Assembly: GCA_048571215.1 (NCBI GenBank) | Contig: CP182352.1 | Coordinates: 1,920,001-1,984,000 of the forward strand | Direction: 5' to 3' | From: Halarcobacter sp. | GTDB taxonomy: Bacteria; Campylobacterota; Campylobacteria; Campylobacterales; Arcobacteraceae | DNA: 64,000 bases | Shown here: positions 30,247 through 40,432 of the stretch, one piece after another | Layout: each line of letters begins with the position of its first letter | Position numbering within the stretch: position 1 is the first letter of the stretch | Program-made: the position numbers and the translations under genes | The notes under the pieces: generated by a model | Seen by the model: only the letters and a program-made list of their open reading frames with translations | The model's database searches: none | Told to the model about the DNA's origin: nothing

Positions 30247-31254
30247 ATGAGATTATTTAAAGGTTTAGTAATAGCAGGACTTATTACTGTTACAAGTTTA
30301 AGTGCAGCAACGTGGAAATATGCATTTGGGGAGGGTGAAAGTGATCCTCAAGGGATTTATGCAACAGCATTCAAAAATTTTATTGAAGAAAATTCTAGAA
30401 ATAAAATAGAATTATATAAAGTGGGAAGTCTTGGTGAAGAGACTGACTTAATGGAACAAACAAGAGCTGGATTGATCCAATTTTTAGGACAATCAACTGG
30501 ATATATGGGTGGAACTATCCCAGAAATGGATATCTTTACAGTGCCATATGTTATGCCTACAGATACAAAAGAATTAGACTACTTCTTTAAACATTCTAAA
30601 GTTGTTAATGAGATGCTACCAAAAATCTTCCACAAACATGGCTTAGAGTTATTATCAATATTTCCTGAAGGTGAAATGGCAGTTACAACTTTTGAAGAGT
30701 TTCATTCACCTGCAGATTTACAAGGTAAAAAAATGAGAGTTATGCCTGGTTCTCCTATTTTAGTTGAAACATATAAAGCTTTTGGCGCTTCACCACAACC
30801 AATGTCTTGGGGTGATTTAGTAGGTGCTCTTAAAACAGGGATGGTTGATGGACAAGAAAATCCAACTGTATGGATTGAAGCTTATGGTTTAGATAACTTA
30901 ACAAAAGTTCTAACATATACTGGACATGGACACTTCAATGCATCTGTTAGTGCTAATAAAAAGTTTTATGATGGTTTATCAAAAAGAGATAAAAGACTAG
31001 TTCAAAAAGCAGCTGAATTTGCACAGAAAACAATTTTAAGAGAAGCTCAAAAACTTGATGCTTATGGATTAGGAAGAATTATCAGAACTAACCCAACATA
31101 TAAAATTGTTACATTAACTAAAGATGAAAGAAAAGTATTCAAAGAAAAAGCTAAAGCTGTTCAAGAGTCTTTTGCATCTAAAAGTGCATCAAATAAAAAA
31201 ATTATGGATCAAATGATGAAAGATTTATCTGCTGCGGAAACTAATGCTAAATAA
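30247..31254 (+). CDS. teaA: Ectoine TRAP substrate-binding protein
   Basis: DctP fold with TeaA-like N-terminus (MEQTRAGLIQF, PYVMPTD) and DGQENP. Confidence 0.82.
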   Translation: MRLFKGLVIAGLITVTSLSAATWKYAFGEGESDPQGIYATAFKNFIEENSRNKIELYKVGSLGEETDLMEQTRAGLIQFLGQSTGYMGGTIPEMDIFTVPYVMPTDTKELDYFFKHSKVVNEMLPKIFHKHGLELLSIFPEGEMAVTTFEEFHSPADLQGKKMRVMPGSPILVETYKAFGASPQPMSWGDLVGALKTGMVDGQENPTVWIEAYGLDNLTKVLTYTGHGHFNASVSANKKFYDGLSKRDKRLVQKAAEFAQKTILREAQKLDAYGLGRIIRTNPTYKIVTLTKDERKVFKEKAKAVQESFASKSASNKKIMDQMMKDLSAAETNAK

Positions 31255-31342
31255 TCTTTTTTAATTATAGTAATCCACTTTATGTGGATTTACTATAGTA
31301 GATTATAGGTTCTGTAATCTACTATGGTAAAAGGAATATGAT

Positions 31343-31915
31343 ATGAATGAAAACACAAAAAAAAATCCTTTATTAAGAGCTTTAGATACCCTAGATAGTA
31401 TTTTAAGTAAGTTCGAAGGGGTGATGTTAGCCTTAGGTGTTATAGCAATGGCAGTTACTACAATTGCAGCTGTGATTTCAAGATTTGTTTTTAATGATGC
31501 CTTAACAGTTACAGATGAGCTCAATATGATTTTTATTGTAGTTGTAACTTTTGCAGGTTTAAGTTATGCCGCAAGAAATGGAAGACATATTCGAATGTCA
31601 GCTATATATGATGCCATGCCAACAAAAATGAGAAAAGTTATAATGATATGTATCTCTTTTATCACTTCTATGTTTATGTTTTTATTAGCTAAATACTCTT
31701 TTGGTTATATTGTAGAAGTTTACCAAAGTGGTAGAATTCTTCCAGCTATTGGTATTCCTGTTTTTTATGTTTACATATGGGTTCCTGTGGGATTTACGGT
31801 TACAGGCTTACAATACTTTTTTACTGTAATTAAAAATATAAGTGAATCGGATGTATATCTATCTACTACTGTAAGAGATGGTTATAGTGATTCTAAAAAT
31901 GATATTGAAGTATAA
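31343..31915 (+). CDS. teaB: TRAP small permease
   Basis: 4 TM segments; GLSYAARNGRHIRMSAIYD. Confidence 0.85.
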   Translation: MNENTKKNPLLRALDTLDSILSKFEGVMLALGVIAMAVTTIAAVISRFVFNDALTVTDELNMIFIVVVTFAGLSYAARNGRHIRMSAIYDAMPTKMRKVIMICISFITSMFMFLLAKYSFGYIVEVYQSGRILPAIGIPVFYVYIWVPVGFTVTGLQYFFTVIKNISESDVYLSTTVRDGYSDSKNDIEV

Positions 31916-31924
31916 GGAAGAGCT

Positions 31925-33691
31925 ATGAAACCTAATTTAAAACAAATATTTATTTTACTTTTTTTAATACTAAGTTTTACAATCCCAAGTTTTGCTAAGG
32001 ATAATATAACTATGTATTTAGATGAAGTTGCCTTAGATAACAAAGAACTTAATCTATCAATTTATGGCTCAGCAGAATCAAAAGATTTTGACTCTCACAA
32101 GTGGCGAATTGTAAAAGTAAAAGTTACTGACTCAAAATCAAAAACTCTGAAATTTGAAACCCAATCAGATAAAAGAGGTCTTTGGGAAGTTGATAATATA
32201 GATATTTCAAACTTAAGTGATGGAAAACTTACAATAAAAGCTACTATGTTAGATGATAATAATCAACAACTAGCTACCTTAACAGATGACAGCTCAATCA
32301 AAGATACAAGCTTTAAATTAAGTGAATTTTTGAAAGAACATCTTGCTGCTTCGATTTTCCTTTTAATGGTAGTATTACTTCTTACTGGTTTTCCTATGAT
32401 GATACCTCTTATTTCAGGTACAACCCTTGGGATATATCTATTATTTGATGGTGATTTTTCAAAAATGGAATTCTTGATTCAGCAAATGATGGGTGGTATT
32501 AGACCAGCTGCACTTATTGCTGTTCCTATGTTTATACTTTCAGCAGATATTATGACAAGAGGTAAATCAGCAGAAAAACTTATTGACCTTGTTATGGCTT
32601 TTGTAAGACATATCAAAGGTGGACTTGCAGTAAGTACGGCAGGAGCATGTGCAATGTTTGGTGCTGTTTCTGGTTCAACGCAAGCTACAGTTGTAGCTAT
32701 TGGTTCTCCTCTTCGCCCAAGACTAAAAAAAGGTGGATATAAAGACTCATTTATCTTAGCTTTAATTGTAAATTCAAGTGATATTGCCTTTTTAATCCCT
32801 CCAAGTATTGGGATGATTATCTATGGTATTGTTGCAAAAACTTCTATTCCTGAACTTTTTATCGCTGGTATTGGTCCAGGGCTTTTAATCTTAGTTCTTT
32901 TTTCAATATATAGTATTATATATGCATATAGACATGATATTCCAACAGAACCAAAAGCAACATGGAAAGAAAGATGGATGGCACTTTATAAAGCCTTATG
33001 GCCTTTAGGTTTCCCTATAATTATTGTTGGTGGTATTTTTGGAGGGATATTTAGTCCTACTGAAGCAGCAGCAGTTAGTGTTGCCTACGCAATATTTTTA
33101 GAAGGTCTTGTCTTTAAAACAATGAAATTAAAAGATCTTTATGCAACTGCAAAATCAACAGGACTTGTTACTGGTGTTGTATTTATCTTAGTTGGTGCAG
33201 GTGCAGGTTTTGCATGGGTATTATCTTTTGCTCAAGTACCTCAAGAGATTTTAGATAGTATTGGTATTACTGATATGGGTCCTTACCAAGTTCTATTTGT
33301 AATCTCAATAGCTTTCTTTGTTGGATGTATGTTTGTTGACCCTATTGTAGTAATTTTAGTATTAGTTCCTATTTTTGCACCAGTTGTTGATTCAGTGGGA
33401 TTAGATCCAGTTTTAGTTGGGACTATTATTACTTTACAAGTTGCTATTGGTTCGGCCACTCCCCCATTTGGATGTGATATTTTTACAGCTATTGCTGTAT
33501 TTAAACGACCATATTTAGAAGTGATAAAAGGAACACCACCTTTTATTATTATTCTATTAAGTGTTTCAGTTGCACTTATTTTTATACCAGAAATTGCACT
33601 ATTTTTAAGGGACATTGCATTTAGAGATGTAAGTGTAATGGAAAGTATTCAAAAAATGTTTGGCTTAGTTCCAGAAGTAGTAACAAAATAA
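31925..33691 (+). CDS. teaC: TRAP large permease with an extra N-terminal signal peptide and Ig-like domain
   Basis: DctM motifs (GAVSGSTQAT, LIPPSIGMI, SATPPFG) begin at about aa 140; the first ~130 aa are a signal peptide plus a beta-rich domain. Confidence 0.85.
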   Translation: MKPNLKQIFILLFLILSFTIPSFAKDNITMYLDEVALDNKELNLSIYGSAESKDFDSHKWRIVKVKVTDSKSKTLKFETQSDKRGLWEVDNIDISNLSDGKLTIKATMLDDNNQQLATLTDDSSIKDTSFKLSEFLKEHLAASIFLLMVVLLLTGFPMMIPLISGTTLGIYLLFDGDFSKMEFLIQQMMGGIRPAALIAVPMFILSADIMTRGKSAEKLIDLVMAFVRHIKGGLAVSTAGACAMFGAVSGSTQATVVAIGSPLRPRLKKGGYKDSFILALIVNSSDIAFLIPPSIGMIIYGIVAKTSIPELFIAGIGPGLLILVLFSIYSIIYAYRHDIPTEPKATWKERWMALYKALWPLGFPIIIVGGIFGGIFSPTEAAAVSVAYAIFLEGLVFKTMKLKDLYATAKSTGLVTGVVFILVGAGAGFAWVLSFAQVPQEILDSIGITDMGPYQVLFVISIAFFVGCMFVDPIVVILVLVPIFAPVVDSVGLDPVLVGTIITLQVAIGSATPPFGCDIFTAIAVFKRPYLEVIKGTPPFIIILLSVSVALIFIPEIALFLRDIAFRDVSVMESIQKMFGLVPEVVTK

Positions 33692-33705
33692 TTTAAGGAG
33701 AATAG

Positions 33706-34158
33706 ATGTTTAAAAAAATTTTAGTGCCAACAGATGGTTCTCAACAGGCAAACAAAGCATTAAAAGTAGCTTGTGAAATGGCTATAAATAATGATGCTCA
33801 AATAAGTATTTTATCTGTTTTTAGACATCACAGTTTTATAGAGGGTTCCTTATCAATGTTGCCAAGACAGATAGATGATAAAGCTTATAATCTTGAAGAT
33901 GCCTTAGGAGAATACTCAAAAGAGATAGTGGGTGAGGCAAAAGAGATTGCTTTAAATTATGGAGTAAAAAAAGAAAATGTAAAAGGTTTTGTTCGTATAG
34001 GCCCTGTCACAAAAGAGATATTGGAGTTTGTTAAAGATAAAGATATCGAAATTGTTATTATTGGTAAACAAGGTAAAGGTGACCTTAGTGGATATTTGCT
34101 AGGTGGAGTTTCACATAAAGTTGCAGGACTTGCTGATATACCAGTTCTAGTAGTGTGA
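33706..34158 (+). CDS. teaD: Universal stress protein
   Basis: ILVPTDGS, VFRHHS and LLGGVSHKV..PVLVV motifs; directly follows teaC. Confidence 0.85.
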   Translation: MFKKILVPTDGSQQANKALKVACEMAINNDAQISILSVFRHHSFIEGSLSMLPRQIDDKAYNLEDALGEYSKEIVGEAKEIALNYGVKKENVKGFVRIGPVTKEILEFVKDKDIEIVIIGKQGKGDLSGYLLGGVSHKVAGLADIPVLVV

Positions 34159-34331
34159 TTAAAATTGATAAAATTTATAGAAAAAATGAGTATGTATTGT
34201 TTTAATCGTATATATTCAAAAGTAGTTTACTCGTCCAGTTAAATAAAGGGGTGATTCTTTATGTTTTGCTCCTGTAAAAAGAACGCTTTTTACAAATTGA
34301 ATAATACTAATAATTTTTTACTGGAGTAATT

Positions 34332-35489
34332 ATGGAAAATAATTCAATGAAAGCTATGGTCTTAGTTGGTCATGGTGGAATAGATAAGTTAATATATAAA
34401 GATGTTGAAATTCCTACACCCAAAAAAGGTGAGGTTCTAATAAAAGTAACAGCAACAGCTAAAAACAATACAGATAGAAAAGCCCGAGAAGGTTTATATC
34501 CAGTTGATGATAACAATAAAGAAGAGGTAACCTCTTTTAATATGACAGGAGATAATACCTTCACCTTTCCTAGAATTCAAGGGGCAGATATCGTTGGAGT
34601 TGTTGAAAAAGTTGCAGATGATGAAAATAAGAATCTAATAGGTCAAAGGGGACTTGTTGATTTTAATATCTATTTATCTCAAAATCCCGATTTAAATTTA
34701 ATACCTGATTATTATGGTCATGGAGCAGATGGCGGATATGCGGAATATGTAGTTGTTCCTAGTGAAAACTTTTATGCTATACCAAATAAAAATCTTGATG
34801 ATGCCCAATTAGCCTCTCTTGGTATGTGTTCATATCAAACTGGCTTTAGAATGTTAAATGCTTCACGGGTAAAAGCTGGAGATAAAGTACTAATAAGCGG
34901 TGCAAGTGGTGGAGTTGGAACTGCCCTAATTCAAATGTGCAAAGTCTTAAAAGCTATACCTTATGCCCTTAGTTCTAAGGATAAAGAAGAGGAACTTTTA
35001 GCTCTTGGTGCTGAAAAAGTGATTGATAGAGGTGAAATCTCAACTTTAAAACAAAGAATTCTAGAAGCAACAAAGGGTGAAAATATTGATGCTGTTATGG
35101 ATTTAGTTGGTGGAGAATATACAAATATTTTTATTGATACTATGATTATAGATATGAAAAAAAGAGATGACTACCCAAGACTAAGTATAGCAGGAGCTAG
35201 TTCATATAACATCACTGAAGTATTATGGTCTAAGATTTATCTTTATCAAGTGGAGATTCATGGAGTATCACATGGTACAAAAAATGAAGCAAAACAGTTA
35301 ATGCAATGGATAAAAGAGGAAAAACTAAAACCCATTTTACATGCAACCTTTAAACTTTCAAATCTCCATGAAGCAGAAAAATATTTTGTTTCAAGGGGAA
35401 AAGGATATTTAGGGAAAATAGTAATAGTACCTGATTCTCAATGGGAAGAGCATGGTGCAAAATACTCTTTAAAGATAGAAAATGAATAA
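34332..35489 (+). CDS. MDR-superfamily NAD(P)-dependent oxidoreductase
   Basis: PRIQGAD, DGGYAEY, GASGGVG and GKIV motifs. Confidence 0.85.
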   Translation: MENNSMKAMVLVGHGGIDKLIYKDVEIPTPKKGEVLIKVTATAKNNTDRKAREGLYPVDDNNKEEVTSFNMTGDNTFTFPRIQGADIVGVVEKVADDENKNLIGQRGLVDFNIYLSQNPDLNLIPDYYGHGADGGYAEYVVVPSENFYAIPNKNLDDAQLASLGMCSYQTGFRMLNASRVKAGDKVLISGASGGVGTALIQMCKVLKAIPYALSSKDKEEELLALGAEKVIDRGEISTLKQRILEATKGENIDAVMDLVGGEYTNIFIDTMIIDMKKRDDYPRLSIAGASSYNITEVLWSKIYLYQVEIHGVSHGTKNEAKQLMQWIKEEKLKPILHATFKLSNLHEAEKYFVSRGKGYLGKIVIVPDSQWEEHGAKYSLKIENE

Positions 35490-36516
35490 GCCACACACAA
35501 TAGGACTAATAGACACCCATGCGGGTGGTGATGTGAGTAGAATAGTATTTACAGGTATAAAAGAGTTAGAGGGTAATAGTGTAAGAGAACAGATGCTTTA
35601 TTTGCAAGAGCATGCTGATGATTTGAGAGAAACACTACTTTATGAACCTTATGGTATCCCTGAGATGTCTATAGATTTGGTAGTTCCCTCTAAAAATAAA
35701 GAAGCAGTTGCTGGATATATTATCATGGAAGTTATGGGTTATCCTATATATTCAGGTTCAAATACCATGTGTACTGCAACAGCAGTTATTGAAAATGGAT
35801 TAGTTGAGAAAAAAGATGGTACCTTAAACTTTAAACTTGAAGCACCAGCTGGACTTGTAGATATTGAAGCTAAAGTAGAAAACGGTGTTGTTGAATCTAT
35901 AACTTGTGAGGGACTTCCAAGTTATATTTATCAATATAAAGAAAAAATTGTGATTCAAGAGTTAGGTGAGATTACCTATTCTGTAGCTTATAGTGGAGGT
36001 TTCTATATCCTTGTAGAAGCTAGTGAGTTAGGATTTAATCTTACACTTGATGAAGAAAAAAGATTAAGTGATGCAGCTTATTTAATAGTTGAAGCAGTTA
36101 GAAAAAAAGAGTCACTAAGACACTATTTATTAGGTGATGTGGGACCAGTTCCTTTTTTACATTTTATGGGAGAAATTGAGAAAAAAGAAGATGGTTTTTA
36201 TACCTCAAGATCAACAACTTATGTTCACCCAGGAGTTATTTGTAGAAGCACAACAGGAACAGGTACCTCTGCTAGATTGGCATATTTACAATATGAAGAC
36301 AAGATTAAACCAGGTGAAAGATTAGAAACTGTAAGTTTAAGGGGTACAAAATTCATTGGTACTTTTGATGCAGTTGAAAATATCGATGGACAAAATGTAG
36401 TAAGAAATAGAACAACAGGCAAAAGTTATATAATAGCAAAATCAGAGATTTTAGTTAATTGTGATGATTGCCTAACAAAATATAATGAATTAGCAAAAGT
36501 GATTCAGCATTTATAA
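35482..36516 (+). CDS. Proline racemase-family enzyme (Ser/Thr catalytic pair)
   Basis: IDTHAGGD, YSGSNT and CRSTTGTGTSAR motifs. Confidence 0.85.
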   Translation: MNKPHTIGLIDTHAGGDVSRIVFTGIKELEGNSVREQMLYLQEHADDLRETLLYEPYGIPEMSIDLVVPSKNKEAVAGYIIMEVMGYPIYSGSNTMCTATAVIENGLVEKKDGTLNFKLEAPAGLVDIEAKVENGVVESITCEGLPSYIYQYKEKIVIQELGEITYSVAYSGGFYILVEASELGFNLTLDEEKRLSDAAYLIVEAVRKKESLRHYLLGDVGPVPFLHFMGEIEKKEDGFYTSRSTTYVHPGVICRSTTGTGTSARLAYLQYEDKIKPGERLETVSLRGTKFIGTFDAVENIDGQNVVRNRTTGKSYIIAKSEILVNCDDCLTKYNELAKVIQHL

Positions 36517-36531
36517 TAAAAAGGAGTCGGT

Positions 36532-37686
36532 ATGTATAAAAATTTTGATGAAGTAGTAGAGTTTGCTACAAATTTTAGACATAATTTACATAAAAATCCC
36601 GAATTGACTTGGGAAGAGACAGATACTGCAAAAGCAATAAGAGAGATATTAGATAAGCATAATATTACATATAAAACTTATGCAGGAACTGGAACTGTTG
36701 GCTTACTTGCCCAAGATAAAGAGGGACCTCATATAGCATTAAGGGGAGATATTGATGCTCTTCCATTAGAAGAGAAAACTGATGTTTCATATAAATCAGT
36801 TAAAACTCAATGTATGCATGCTTGTGGACATGATGGACACACAGCAACTCTAATGGCAGCTGCTATTTGGTTAAAACAAAATGAAGATAAACTAACAAAC
36901 CCAATATCACTTATATTTCAACCTGCTGAAGAGGGAGGTCATGGAGCTAAGAAGATGATTGAAGAGGGATGTTTAGATGGAGTTGATATGATTTTTGGTT
37001 GGCATAATTGGCCAGCTATTAAATTTGGTCAAGCTGTTTGTCCTGAGAGTACAGTAATGGCTGGAAATGGAACTTTTCATATTACACTTAAAGGTTCGGG
37101 AGGTCACTCCTCTCAACCTGAAATTTGTAAAGATCCAGTTCTTGCAGCTTCTGCTTTAACTATGGCACTACAACAAATTGTAAGTAGACAAGTGGCACCT
37201 CAAGATGCCGTTGTAGTTTCTGTTACATCAATAGATGCAATTAGTGGAGTAACAGTAATTCCTGATAATGCAAAAGTTGAAGGAAGTATTAGGGTTCCTA
37301 CAAATGAGTTAAAAACAAAAGTATTTAATCAAATAGAAGAGATATCAAAAGGGATTGCACTAGCATATAATGTAGATGTGGATATTGATTTAAGAGATAG
37401 ATATCAACCAACAATCAATCATAAAGATGAATCTTCAAAGGTGCGAGAAGTATTAAAAGACACCTTAGGGGAAAACTGGCAAAGCGATATTGCAACTCCA
37501 ATTATGGCAAGTGAAGATTTTAGTTATTACCTAAACAAAATCCCAGGAGCTTTTGCTCTTATAGGAAGTGATGATGGAGTTGAAAAACATCAAAAAGCTT
37601 GCCACAATGTACACTATGATTTCAATGATAAGCTAATAAAACCAGTTAGCATATCACTCATGAAATTAGCTAATTTTACTTTTTGA
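36532..37686 (+). CDS. M20D amidohydrolase
   Basis: LRGDIDALP, MHACGHDGH, FQPAEEG and ASEDFS motifs. Confidence 0.92.
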   Translation: MYKNFDEVVEFATNFRHNLHKNPELTWEETDTAKAIREILDKHNITYKTYAGTGTVGLLAQDKEGPHIALRGDIDALPLEEKTDVSYKSVKTQCMHACGHDGHTATLMAAAIWLKQNEDKLTNPISLIFQPAEEGGHGAKKMIEEGCLDGVDMIFGWHNWPAIKFGQAVCPESTVMAGNGTFHITLKGSGGHSSQPEICKDPVLAASALTMALQQIVSRQVAPQDAVVVSVTSIDAISGVTVIPDNAKVEGSIRVPTNELKTKVFNQIEEISKGIALAYNVDVDIDLRDRYQPTINHKDESSKVREVLKDTLGENWQSDIATPIMASEDFSYYLNKIPGAFALIGSDDGVEKHQKACHNVHYDFNDKLIKPVSISLMKLANFTF

Positions 37687-37699
37687 TTAAAGAAAAAAA

Positions 37700-38266
37700 A
37701 TGGTCTCTTTAATCGTAGCAATTTTAGGTGTTTTGGCTATTGTCTTAAATGGCATAGGAATGGCAATAAAAGATGTAATAAAAACAAAAATTTTATTGGG
37801 TTCCTCTATTGTACTTATTATCCCAGATTTATATAATAGTGGAGGGATACATGGAGTTTATCAATCAGCAATAATAGCTACAATGTATTTTATAGGTGCC
37901 TTGGAGTATAGGAAACTTGAAAGAATCATACTCTACTCTATCCCATTTTTTTCTGTATTTTTACTTTTGGGATTAAAAGAGTATGAGGGACTTTTTTTAG
38001 TACTAGCTTCAATAAGCACTCCCTTAGCAACTATTTCCAAAGACTCCTTTAAAATGAAACTTCTGCTTTTGGTTTCAACTCTGTCTTGGGGAACATATGC
38101 AATTCTTACACAAGCATGGTTTGCCTTAGCTTTTGATATATTAGGAGCCCTAGCCTTGATATACTTTTTTGGTCAATATAGAAGAGAAAAAAAAGCTATG
38201 CAAATGATAGATACAGTTTGTACTGAGATTGAAAAAACAAAAGATATTTTCCAAAAGGAGAATTAG
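37700..38266 (+). CDS. YgjV-like inner membrane protein
   Basis: Multi-TM small protein with a two-repeat pattern. Confidence 0.55.
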   Translation: MVSLIVAILGVLAIVLNGIGMAIKDVIKTKILLGSSIVLIIPDLYNSGGIHGVYQSAIIATMYFIGALEYRKLERIILYSIPFFSVFLLLGLKEYEGLFLVLASISTPLATISKDSFKMKLLLLVSTLSWGTYAILTQAWFALAFDILGALALIYFFGQYRREKKAMQMIDTVCTEIEKTKDIFQKEN

Positions 38267-38349
38267 TTTATCTACTTATTAAAATAAGACAAATGTAAAT
38301 ATATCACTTTATACATTTGTCTTAATTAGGTATCATGTCTACAAGTTTT

Positions 38350-38371
38350 TAGGAGTAGATTTCTACTCCTA
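38350..38371. terminator. Intrinsic terminator hairpin between convergent operons
   Basis: TAGGAGTAGA-TT-TCTACTCCTA. Confidence 0.65.
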
Positions 38372-38517
38372 GTTTAATTAGAAAACTACTTTAAACTCTT
38401 AAATTTCATCTTTTTTATGGTGGTGACTCGTATACTATTCAAATTATTATAATACTTGAATTTTTTTCATAGCTGATATTGGAAAAACAAAAGATATTTT
38501 CAAAAATATGGTTTGAA

Positions 38518-39201
38518 TCAATTGATAAGTAAAGTATATCCCTCTTGGGGAACATTTTTTATGATATTTATAGGGAGTTTTGCTCTTAACTCTTTTATAA
38601 AAGATTTAAGGGCATGGTTAGTCATAAATCTATCTATCCATAATTGGCTTTCTATCATCTCATAAGTTACTATTTTGTTTTTATTTTCAATAAGCATTTG
38701 TAAAAACTCTTTTTCTCTTCTTCTTAGAGGAATAGTTTCATCCTTATAAACTAAGGCTCTACTTGAAGGATCTAAAAACAAATCTTCACCTAATTGAATT
38801 TTTTTTGATAAGTTTTTATTTATATATTTGTTTAGGGCTTCAGTCAGTTTTTTGTGGTTTAGGGGTTTTAGGATATAGTGATTTATATTTAGATTAATCA
38901 AATCCATAAGATACTCTTCATTTGAAAAAGCAGTAAGCATAATAATTGTAGTATAAGAATCAGTTTTTCTAATCTTTTTTACCAATTCTATCCCATTTAT
39001 ATCCTTCATTTGTATATCTGACAATATAATCTTTGGTTTGTACTCTTCATATATATAAAAGGCATCTTCCACATTGCTTGCTTCATAAACCTCATCAAAA
39101 TAGTATTTCAAGGTATCAACTATTGCTTTTCTAATACCATCTTCATCTTCTACACATAAGATTGGTATATTTTTCAACTCATCTAATAGATTCTCATTCA
39201 T
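38518..39201 (-). CDS. OmpR-family response regulator
   Basis: VEDE and SDIQM receiver motifs plus winged helix. Confidence 0.92.
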   Translation of the reverse strand: MNENLLDELKNIPILCVEDEDGIRKAIVDTLKYYFDEVYEASNVEDAFYIYEEYKPKIILSDIQMKDINGIELVKKIRKTDSYTTIIMLTAFSNEEYLMDLINLNINHYILKPLNHKKLTEALNKYINKNLSKKIQLGEDLFLDPSSRALVYKDETIPLRRREKEFLQMLIENKNKIVTYEMIESQLWIDRFMTNHALKSFIKELRAKLPINIIKNVPQEGYTLLIN

Positions 39202-39203
39202 AT

Positions 39204-40379
39204 TTATCCCACCAATACTATTTTGAAAATAGCCCCTTCATTATCATTTTGTACACTTAACTCTCCACCCATATTTCTTTCAATAATAAGTTTTGAGATA
39301 TATAAACCAAGTCCTGTCCCTTTTGAGGTATCTTTTGTACTAAAGTATGGGTCAAAAATCATATCAATATTTTCTAAGGCAATTCCACCTGCATTGTCTT
39401 TTACAGTTACAATAGAGTTTAAACCTTTTGTGTCAATTGTTAACTCAATTTTAGGTTTACTTATATTTTTCTCAACTAATATATCTTTTGCATTTGAAAG
39501 TAGATTTAATATAACCTGCGAAAACTCTGTTGGATAGCCGAATATATCTTTATTTCTTATAACATTTACTTTACATTCTATGCCACTTTCATCTAAAGTT
39601 GCATCTATAAGATTAACTGCTTTTTGACAAGATTCTAGGATATTGAAATTCTCTTTTTTCTTATCTGGTTTATAAAAATTTCTAAAATCATCAATAGTAT
39701 TTGACATAAACTCTATCATATTATCACTTTTTTCAATAGAGTTTAGTATATGTTTATCATCAACTTTTTTAAACCTTGTGGCAGTTTCAAGCTCCATTAA
39801 TATTCCAGACAATTCACTTAATGGTTGTCTCCACTGGTGGGCTATCATAGATATCATAGAACCCATACGAGCTAGTTTTGATTGTGCTAAGATAGCTTTA
39901 TCTTTTCTTTTACCCTCTTCTATTCCAACCTTAACTTTTTGTTCTAGATTTTTATTTAGACTTTGCAGTTTATTCTCTTTGTATTCCACTTGATTTTTAT
40001 ATTTTTTTATAGTGTCATTTATAATTGTAGTCATCAAATAAGTAAATAAAATCATAAAAACTAAAACAGTGATAGTCAAAGTGATAACAAAACTTTTATA
40101 TTCATCTTTTCTTTGATTTAATTCATCTCTTTTTTGTTTTTCAAAAAGTTTGAAATTTGTTGATAGATTTTGCTTTGAATATAAAACTCTATACTCTTGT
40201 AAATCTTTTTCAAAGTTTTTATCTTCAAGTTTCAAGTAGTATGATAGAGAAAAAAAGGATATAAATATAACAGATAAAAAAGGTATCATAATAACAAAAA
40301 AAGGTATTCCCTCTTTATTAAACATATTTTGCTCTTTTTTTTTCATATCATATCTAAATTGTTTTAAAAAGTTTTTCAA
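39204..40379 (-). CDS. Sensor histidine kinase
   Basis: Two TM segments; AHQWRQPL, DNAGG and GTGLGLY motifs. Confidence 0.92.
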   Translation of the reverse strand: MKNFLKQFRYDMKKKEQNMFNKEGIPFFVIMIPFLSVIFISFFSLSYYLKLEDKNFEKDLQEYRVLYSKQNLSTNFKLFEKQKRDELNQRKDEYKSFVITLTITVLVFMILFTYLMTTIINDTIKKYKNQVEYKENKLQSLNKNLEQKVKVGIEEGKRKDKAILAQSKLARMGSMISMIAHQWRQPLSELSGILMELETATRFKKVDDKHILNSIEKSDNMIEFMSNTIDDFRNFYKPDKKKENFNILESCQKAVNLIDATLDESGIECKVNVIRNKDIFGYPTEFSQVILNLLSNAKDILVEKNISKPKIELTIDTKGLNSIVTVKDNAGGIALENIDMIFDPYFSTKDTSKGTGLGLYISKLIIERNMGGELSVQNDNEGAIFKIVLVG

Positions 40380-40432
40380 ATTTTTGCTGTTTTGTTATTT
40401 TGTTTTATAAAGTGCAAGCTTTCGCTTACACC

